Part shown: piece after piece, positions 54,096 to 64,000 of the stretch
Numbering within the stretch: the first letter of the stretch is position 1
Layout: each line of letters starts with the position of its first letter
Source: the human T2T-CHM13v2.0 reference genome, Homo sapiens
Direction: 5' to 3' (one strand)
Assembly: GCF_009914755.1 (NCBI RefSeq)
Contig: NC_060930.1
Length of the DNA: 64,000 nt
Made by a program: the position numbers and the translations under genes
Notes under the pieces: model-generated
What the model saw: the letters and a program-made list of their open reading frames with translations, nothing else
Database searches by the model: none
Told to the model about the DNA's origin: nothing

Positions 54096-54293
54096 CTCTC
54101 CCTTGCTGTTAAAGCCCAGGATCTCGAAGCTGATGCTGGAGGTTCGGCCAGACTGAATCTCATGCAGGTGGCGGAAAAGGTTGAGCCGAGCCCGGCCCCG
54201 CCCATTGTCCAGCTCTCCCTGGGTCAGGACTCCAAGCAGAGTTGACTTCCCAGAGTCCACATTCCCCAGGACGGCCACACGGAGGTCTAGGAA
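54096..54293 (-). CDS. GTPBP2: GTPBP2 exon 5
   Basis: 198 nt AG/GT; P-loop GNVDSGKST and [10 protein letters not shown]. Confidence 0.97.
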
Positions 54294-54488
54294 CTGTGGA
54301 TGAATTGCCAGAGATAAGAACTCCAATCTCTCACCCCTCTAACTGAAGACTGGGTCAAGGGCAGTGACGCTCCCTAGGGAGCAAGTGATGAACTGGAAGC
54401 CCCCAGGATCCCAGGCCAGGAGACAGCCTGCCACCACAGGGCCCTTCCACAGTGTGGACATGAGAGACAGGGATGGGTGTGTGCTCAC

Positions 54489-54597
54489 CTGTTGGTTGTC
54501 AGGGACCTTTCGTACTAGCACCTCGGTGATCTTCCGGGGCATGTCGCTATCATAATCCACTTCTCGCTCTCGAAGAACGGTTATGTCTGCCCCAACC
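54489..54597 (-). CDS. GTPBP2: GTPBP2 exon 4
   Basis: 109 nt AG/GTGAG; VGADITVLREREVDYDSDMPRKITEVLVRKVPDNQQ. Confidence 0.95.
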
Positions 54598-54958
54598 CTG
54601 TCACAGCAAGGCCACAGCTGCCATATCTCACCTGTCCTTCTCCTATTCCAGGCTCGCTCTGGACCTACAGACTTCCTGCACCTCCCACAGAGCTCCCAAT
54701 ACCTTAGTGCACTTCCTACCACCCTCCAATCTATTCCTCATTCACAGTTCCCTTTAAAACAAATATACATATCTTAATTCAAGGAGCAAAACAGCCTAGG
54801 TCCAGTGAGGAGGGGACCAAAACACTAACCCTCCCCACTTCAGCCCTTTGTCAAGAGAAGGAAAGTCCCACCTTGGCCCCTCAGGCCCTAGGTAACTGGG
54901 TATGCATGGGTCCCCCCAAGTCAGGTAAAGGAGAACTGGTGGGGAAGGGGAAGCATAC

Positions 54959-55143
54959 TTCTCTGCCATCCGGTGCAGGGTCTTGAGCGAAGCTCGCATT
55001 TCCTCCTCAGCCAGCCCCACCAGCAGCCCATTGTCCTCTACCCCAATCTGGTAGACGGCCTCACCACGTCCCTCCTGGAGCCGCCACTTCATTTGTGTCA
55101 CCAGGTGCTCAAAGCGGTACTGGGATGGATTCACCAGCTTCAA
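54959..55143 (-). CDS. GTPBP2: GTPBP2 exon 3
   Basis: 185 nt AAG acceptor, GTATG donor; LKLVNPSQYRFEHLVTQMKWRLQEGRGEAVYQIGV. Confidence 0.95.
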
Positions 55144-55654
55144 CTTAGGGCAAGTGGGGTATCATAAGGTGAAATCAGAGGTGTTCCTCCCAAACCTACA
55201 TGGTCCCCACCTGTTCTGCTGCAAGGACCAGGACTTTCTCTTTCCACTTAAACTCATACCTGATCCCCCTCCAACAGAACGAGGTACAGAGCCCTTAACC
55301 TGAACCATATCCTTAAACTGCTATAATTATGAAGTTGGAAGGCTCTCAGAGAACTTATCCCATGCTGGTGGATCACCAGAGGTCAGCAGTTCGAGACCAG
55401 CCTGACCAACATGGAGAAACCTCATCTCTACTAAAAATACAAAATTAGCCAGGCGTGGTGGCGCATGCCTGTAATCCCAGCTACTTGGGAGGCTGAGGCA
55501 GGAGAATCTGAGATTGCGCCACTGCACTCCAGCCTAGGCAACAAGAGCAAAACTTCATCTCAAAAAAAAAAAAGAAAGAAAGAAAAAAGAAATTATCCCA
55601 CACTGGCAAGGACAACCTACCCCAGCCCCTGCTTTTCCCCAGCCTAGGACTCAC

Positions 55655-55681
55655 TTTATATTCAATGTTTCCATCTTCAGC
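55655..55681 (-). CDS. GTPBP2: GTPBP2 exon 2 (27-nt microexon)
   Basis: TTTCTTTTCAG acceptor, GTGAGT donor; AEDGNIEYK joins exon 1 PPE to exon 3 LKLV in frame. Confidence 0.92.
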
Positions 55682-56699
55682 CTGAAAAGAAACAGTGAGC
55701 AGTTACCATACACTGTACAGACCCAATCCCTACTTCCCCTCAATTCCCACTGGGTCCAGGTAGCTAACTTGAGAAAGCAGGAAGCCCCACTGGCACTTGG
55801 TTAGGCAAGTGCCTGTCAAAGGTCAGTGGCAGACAAGATCCTCTATTCACCCCCAGCATAGCCTCTATGAAGGGAAGGCCTATAAGGACACAAGGAGTCA
55901 CCCATTTAAGCCAGGAACAGAACACTGAATCAATCCATTCTTTGATCACTGGCAGCACGTTCTTCCTAGATGCAAGATCATCCCTTCCTCCCCACCTCCA
56001 GGGCCTCAAACCTGCTTTTCCCAGAAGTCTATGTCTCCTCTGTGCCCAGGCTGTTAAAACCTTTCTTTGTCACTGGTCTAGGAAACACCATTTCCTCCCT
56101 GCCTGCCCCTTTCAGCTGATGTCATCTAGAGTAAGAGGCTGCAAGAGGTTCTGGATCAGAGCCAAAGGGTGAGCTCAGCAATGGTCACTACAAGCCTGAT
56201 GACCGAGAAGATCTAGGTGAGAGAGGAGAAGAGCTCCAAAGCTGGGGCTGAGAGGAACAGAAAAACTCAGAAAATGTAATGAAGCGGACAGACTCGCTAT
56301 GGCCTTTACCTCTTGCCCCCTAACCTCAGTGGAGGTGAAATCCTGAATCCACCCCACAGTCTCTTCTAGCTCCAGTGGGTAGCACAGCACAGAAGCACCC
56401 TGTTACCTGAGGCTTCCCCTCCCAGGTACAAAGGGATATGGGATTTGCCTGTTTGGCCAGTCTGCATTTTTCTACCCGCCTCTCTGGATATTTTAGTTTT
56501 CCTCTTCCCTTCCTATCATTCCATCCCTTCAAGGCTGTCTGGCTCCCAGGCCCTAACAGGTCTTCACTCATAATCTCCACTTCATGGTGTGTTAAGGAGA
56601 TTATTTTTTTTCCCCATCAATAAAAACCTTTTAATCATTTTTCTGGGGATGGGTGGCTTCAAAAAATGTGGTACAAGAATGACAGTCTAGGGCCCAGAC

Positions 56700-57195
56700 C
56701 AATGGTTCCCAAAGTGAGGTCCTGGGACCAGCAGCATTAGTATCACACGGGAACTTATAAGAAATGCAAATTCTCAGGCCCATCCTCACTAGTAAGAAAG
56801 AATCAGAAATTCTAGGCTGGGCACGGAGGCTCACGCCTGCAATCCCAGCACTTTGGGAGGCCGAGGCGGGTGGATCACCTGAGGTCAGGAGTTTGAGACC
56901 AGCCTGGCCAACATGGTGAAACCCCATCTCTACTAAAAATACAAAAATTATCTGGGCGTGGTGGCGGGCACCTGTAATGCCAGCTACTCGGGAGGCTGCA
57001 GCAGAAGAATCGCTTGAGAACCCGGGAGGCCGAGGTTGCAGTGAGCTGAGATAGCCCTACAGCACTCCAGCCTGGGTAACAGAGACTCCGTCTCAAAAAA
57101 AATAAATAAATAAATAATAAAAAAATAAAATTGGCCAGGCGTTGGGGGCCAGCAATCCGGGTGATTCGATACATGCCAAAGTTTGATAACCACTG
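56700..57195. mobile_element. MER5A-type DNA transposon interrupted by Alu (~56816-57130)
   Basis: CAATGGTTCCCAAAGTG...GAAATGCAAATTCTCAGGCCCCA-like left part; right end AAGTTTGATAACCACTG. Confidence 0.7.
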
Positions 57196-57202
57196 GCTTA
57201 GG

Positions 57203-57203
<1 letters not shown>

Positions 57204-57238
<35 letters not shown>
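57204..57238 (+). repeat. (TG)17 microsatellite
   Basis: Perfect TG run in GTPBP2 intron 1. Confidence 0.95.
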
Positions 57239-57240
<2 letters not shown>

Positions 57241-57709
57241 TGAACATACTGCTCTTTTCCCGAGTACTGTGTGTGTGTCCGTGTGGAACATATTGCTCTT
57301 TTCCCGGGTACTCCCCTTCTCCCTGTGGAACAAGTTTAGAAGAAGTGGTGGTTACTGTCTGCCTCTCGTCCCAGGATGCAGTCTCTCTTGCCCTATGGCG
57401 GCACACGCAGTTGGTCGGGGTGCTCTTCCTGGGATCCCCTTTCTCTACTTCTCTCCTGGGGTAATCTAGATCAGAAGGGGGAGTCCTCCCTCTCCACTCT
57501 TCCTCCCTGAGGTCCTGTCACCTGAGAGTCCAGTCTCTGCCCTTCCTCCCTGGGGTCCCGGGACCTGAAAGAGGTGTTCTCCTCCCGTGCCCCTCCTCCC
57601 TGGGGTCTCGACACCGGAAGGGGAGATTAATTATCTGGGTCCCGCCTCCCTAGAGTCCTGGGCCGGAAAGAGTGGCTTCTTCCCGCCCTACCACTTCTCA
57701 GGTGCTCAC

Positions 57710-57895
57710 CTCGGGGGGCAAATACGGGGGGTTGTTGGCTTTGCCCCCTCTGTTCCTTCCGTTCTTCTTCTTTCCCTTTGGCCCCCCGCAGCCGCTGCTG
57801 CTGCCGGCCCCCCTAGCCTTGAGGGTTCCGCCCACGGCCGGGCCCCCTCCGGGCCGGCAGCAGCCGCCGAACAGCTCCGATACCCGCGAGTCCAT
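57710..57895 (-). CDS. GTPBP2: GTPBP2 coding exon 1
   Basis: ATG at 57895; MDSRVSELFGGCCRPGGG...NNPPYLPPE then GTGAG donor. Confidence 0.95.
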
Positions 57896-58482
57896 CCGCC
57901 GCTGCCGCCAGCCCCCCGCCCGGCCCCTCCCCCGACCGCCGCCGCCGTCGCCGCCGCCCTTACTGCCACTGCCGTGTCCGGCCGGCCTGAGCAGAGTGGG
58001 GTGGGGCTCTGCACAAGCTACGCCCCCCACCTCCCTGGCCTCCGGGTCGCGTCAGAAACAGCCGCGGGGCACCACGGGATATAGAGTCCCCAGGCCTGGG
58101 AATTCACTTAAATGACACGTCGCCGCCCTACAACTCCCAGGAGGCATCGCGGCGCAAGTGGCCGCGGGAGTCGTCGGAGGCGTGGGGAAGGAGCGCGCCT
58201 TGGCGCGCAAAGGCTTAAGGGAGCTGTAGTCTGACTTCCAGTCCTCGCGCTATGTTCTTTTTCTAGGACTTGGGGGGAATTTAGAGCCTCGAGGCCTGGG
58301 GTGGGGACGCGAGGACACCAGCGTAGAAGAGCTTACATCAGAATCGAGCTTTGTGGGCGCTCCGGGATTTGGCCCTTTAGCGCGGATCCTAGACAACAGG
58401 TTTTGGACCTCGAGAGCTGCAGAACTGAGGCTACTGGTGCCGCCAGCCTGCTGGCTCCGCCTCTGCCTCAGTTTCTTCCCCT

Positions 58483-58502
58483 ATGGCCCGCGTGCCGCTG
58501 GG
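58483..58502 (+). CDS. MAD2L1BP: MAD2L1-binding protein (p31comet) long isoform, coding part of exon 1
   Basis: ATG GCC CGC GTG CCG CTG GG|GTGAGT; MARVPLG matches recalled long-isoform N-terminus. Confidence 0.8.
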
Positions 58503-59222
58503 GTGAGTCAGGGCGAACGCCAGGGCGGAGGCGGATGGTGATTAGCCAAATTACGGCTGTTATTGTTGGGATGATTATGCTACCTTTACATAGTAGTCAC
58601 TGCTTTATTACCAGGCTGGCACCGTCCAGGGGCTGGTTTTAATAACCGGAGGCACCGCGGTGGCCCCGACACGAGACCCGAACCCGTAAACCAGCTTCCT
58701 CCCCGAAGGCTGCAAGCATACCCAAAGCGAGTATTCCTCCTCCCCTTTGTTTTGAAGCAGAACCAATCGGGAAGAACTGAGTTTGGTTTTAAACGGCCAA
58801 GACTGTAGGAGGGGCCTGGCCCCTACTTCGGGCGGGGCTAGGGCTCGGGTTACACCAACCACCACGAGGGCGGGGCAGTGGCCGGGAATAGAAACTTGGC
58901 CTAGGGCCACAGGGGATTTTTGGCTTTTGACTCTCTTGTGAAGCAATCTCCAGCTCTTTAGTGCTGTTGCACTCTACAGAGTACATACATTCAGCGACAT
59001 AAGCCAGTGCACAGAACACAGAAAGGCAGGGTGGAAAAGCAGTTATGTTGCTGAGCTGCGAGTCAGGACGCTAGGGCTCAATTCACAGCCGCATGGCTGT
59101 CTCATGACTCAGACCACTCACAGTGTGTCCACTTCTCCCCTCTTCTCGAACTGCGAGGTGCTCATACACGGTCAAGAAATTAAACAACTCAGCCGGGTGC
59201 GGTGCCTCACGCCTGTAAATCA

Positions 59223-59766
<544 letters not shown>

Positions 59767-60615
59767 TCAGACTTGGTAGAGTCCATGGCTTCCTCCCAGG
59801 GCCACAAGGAGGGAGGCAGGTTTACTGATCATGCTGTCCACATAGCATAATTTCCCAAAGCAGTGAGAGCAGAGAGACCAAAATCTGCAAAAGGGCCTAG
59901 CTGACCATAGGCCAATTATGTGGGTCTTCAGTGGTTGAAAGCACATGTGACTTTTCTTAGTCCTGTGCCACTGAAGGAAAGGTTATGCCGTAGAGGTCAA
60001 TGCTAGCCAGGGGCACAGGCCTACTAGGGAAACTGCTGCTTAGAGACAGAGACTAGGGAACTCAGTGAGAGATCTCAAGAAGGATGAGAATTGGAAGGAA
60101 GAGATAAGACCATTCTCCCAACATTCTCACCATGACCAGCCCTGGGCCCTCTTGATAACCAGAGCCTGCTGCACTTGTCTGATAACATGTGTCCCTTCAT
60201 ATACATGGATTATTTTTATTTTTATTTATTTTTTGAGACAAGGTCTCCCTCTGTCACTCAGGCTGAAGTGCAGTGGTGTGATCACAGCTCATTGCAGCCT
60301 CAACCTCCCCTGCTCAAGCAGATCCTCCCACCTCAGCCTCTGGAGTAGCTGGAACTACAGGTGCGAGCCACCATGCCCAGCTAATTTTTGTTTTTATTGT
60401 TTGTAGAGATGGTGTCCCCCTGTGTTTCCTAGGCTGGTGTTGAACTGGGCTCAAGCAATCCTCTTGCCTTGGGTTCCCAAAGTGCTGGGATTACAGGCAT
60501 GAGCTGCCACACCTGACCTACTATTTTATTTATTTATCTATTTATTATTTATTTAATCCCAGCATTTTGGGAGGCCGAGATGGGAGAATTGCTTAAAGGC
60601 AGAGGGATTGCTTGA

Positions 60616-60975
<360 letters not shown>

Positions 60976-61552
60976 TGATTGATTGATTGACTTTTTTTTT
61001 TTTTTTTTTTTTTAGGTAGGGTCTCCTTCTGTCACCCAGGCTGGAATGCAATGGCACAATCTTGACTCACTGCAACCTCCAACCCTAGAGAGTGATTCTT
61101 CCACTTCAGCCCCCCAGGTAGCTGGGACTACAGGGGCATGCCACCATGCCTGGCTAAGTTTTGTATTTTTTGTAAAGAAGGGGTTTGCCGTGTTGCTCAG
61201 GCCGGTCTTGAACTCCTGGACTCAAGCAGTTCTCCCACCTTGGCCTCCCCAAAAATGCTGGGATTACAGGCGTGAGCCACTATGCCCAGCCAGATCCAGT
61301 ATTTTAATCATTGTACTTTTATAGTATGTTTTGACCTCTGGTCCCTACTTCCTGAAACACATCCTTTTCTTGGCCTCCATGACCTGACACTTGTCTTTTT
61401 TTTTTTTTTTTTTTTTTAATAGAGACAAGATCTCACTATGTTGCCCAGACTGGTCTTAAACTTCTGGACTCAGCCGGGTGCGGTGGCTCACTCCTGTAAT
61501 CCCAGCACTTTGGGAGGCTGAGGCAGGTGGATCACCTAAGGACAGGAGTTCA

Positions 61553-61852
<300 letters not shown>

Positions 61853-61904
61853 TTATAGGCTGGAGCTGCCATGCCCAGTCAGACCCAGTATTTTAATCAT
61901 TGTA

Positions 61905-62203
61905 CTTTTTTTTTTTTTTTTTCCAGGCGGAGTCTCACTCTGTCACCCAGGCTGGAGCACAATGGCATGACCTCAGCTCACCACAACTTCCGCCTCCCAG
62001 GTTCAAGGGATTCTCCTGCCTCAGCCTCCCAAGTAGCTGAGATTATAGGTATGCACCAGCACGCCTGGCTAATTTTGTATTTTTAGTAGAGACGGGGTTT
62101 CTCCATGTTGGTCAGGCTGGTCTCAAACTCCCGACCTCAGGTGATCTGCACACCTCGACCTCCCAAAGTGCTGGGATTACAGGCGTGAGCCACTGTGCCT
62201 GGC
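61905..62203 (-). mobile_element. AluS element hosting the MAD2L1BP exon
   Basis: Full antisense Alu with poly-T; TSD-like TAATCATTGTACTTTT / TAATTGCTGTACTTTT. Confidence 0.9.
61927..62048 (+). CDS. MAD2L1BP: MAD2L1BP long isoform exon 2 (exonised antisense Alu); gene continues right of window
   Basis: Poly-T then CCAG acceptor, ATAG|GTATG donor, 122 nt; [40 protein letters not shown] in frame with exon 1, matching recalled isoform sequence. Confidence 0.8.
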
Positions 62204-62639
62204 CTCTAATTGCTGTACTTTTATAGTGTGTTTTGACCTCTGGTCCCTACTTCCTGAAACACGCCCTTTTCTTGGCCTCCATGACCTGACACTTATTTAA
62301 TTTATTTATTTATTTATTGGTAGGGACAAGGTCTCATTATGTTGCCCAGACTGGTCTCAAACTTCTGGATTGATGCACTCCCCTTGCCTTGAATTCCCAA
62401 AGTGCTGGGATTACAGGCATGAGCCACCATGCCTGGCCCCACTTGTCTATTTTGGTTTTGGAGGCAGGGTCTCCCTCTGTCACCCAGGCTGGAGGGCAGT
62501 GGTGCGATCACAGCTCACTGTAGCCTCAACCTCCCAGGCTCAAGCAATCCTCCCACCTAAGCCTCCCAAAGTGCTGGGAGTACAGGCATGAGCCACCTTG
62601 CCCGGCCATTTGTCTATTTTTCTTTATCCTCCTGTGGGT

Positions 62640-64000
<1,361 letters not shown>

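Larger units (their letters stand above)
57560..58900. promoter_or_regulatory. CpG island / bidirectional promoter GTPBP2 (-) and MAD2L1BP (+)
   Basis: CpG-rich; ZNF143/THAP11-type CTACAACTCCCAG at 58128-58140 and inverted GGGAGCTGTAGT at 58219-58230; CCAAT near 58763 and GC boxes near 58830 and 58868. Confidence 0.85.

Noticed and set aside
53463-54958. U12-like signals in GTPBP2 (donor GTATGCTT after exon 3; TCCTTAT before exon 7)
   Set aside because: Each deviates from U12 consensus and they lie in different introns; treated as ordinary U2 introns

Overview
Human (primate) genomic DNA, recognisable as the XPO5-POLH-GTPBP2-MAD2L1BP neighbourhood (6p21.1 by recall). It contains: the first three coding exons of XPO5 (- strand); a shared CpG-island bidirectional promoter; the complete POLH gene (DNA polymerase eta, + strand; 1 non-coding and 10 coding exons, 2142-nt CDS = 713 aa, ~6 kb Alu-packed 3' UTR); the complete GTPBP2 gene (- strand, 12 coding exons, 1809-nt CDS = 602 aa), whose 3' end overlaps that of POLH at a near-palindromic double poly(A) signal; and a second bidirectional promoter driving the long MAD2L1BP isoform, whose second exon is an exonised antisense Alu. 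All exon boundaries were checked by hand (GT-AG, frame continuity). The window is extremely Alu-rich. The notable non-genic structures are an SVA_F1 retrotransposon carrying captured MAST2 exon 1 (nested SVA-in-LTR-in-DNA-transposon, ~400 bp upstream of the first POLH coding exon), three templated inverted insertions in POLH introns (the clearest a 221-bp inverted copy flanked by junctional direct repeats), repeated same-site Alu insertions and an old tandem duplication hosting the exonised Alu. I see no new protein-coding system; most short ORFs in the track are Alu or SVA translations. Repeat subfamily names are from recall of consensus sequences, not from a search.
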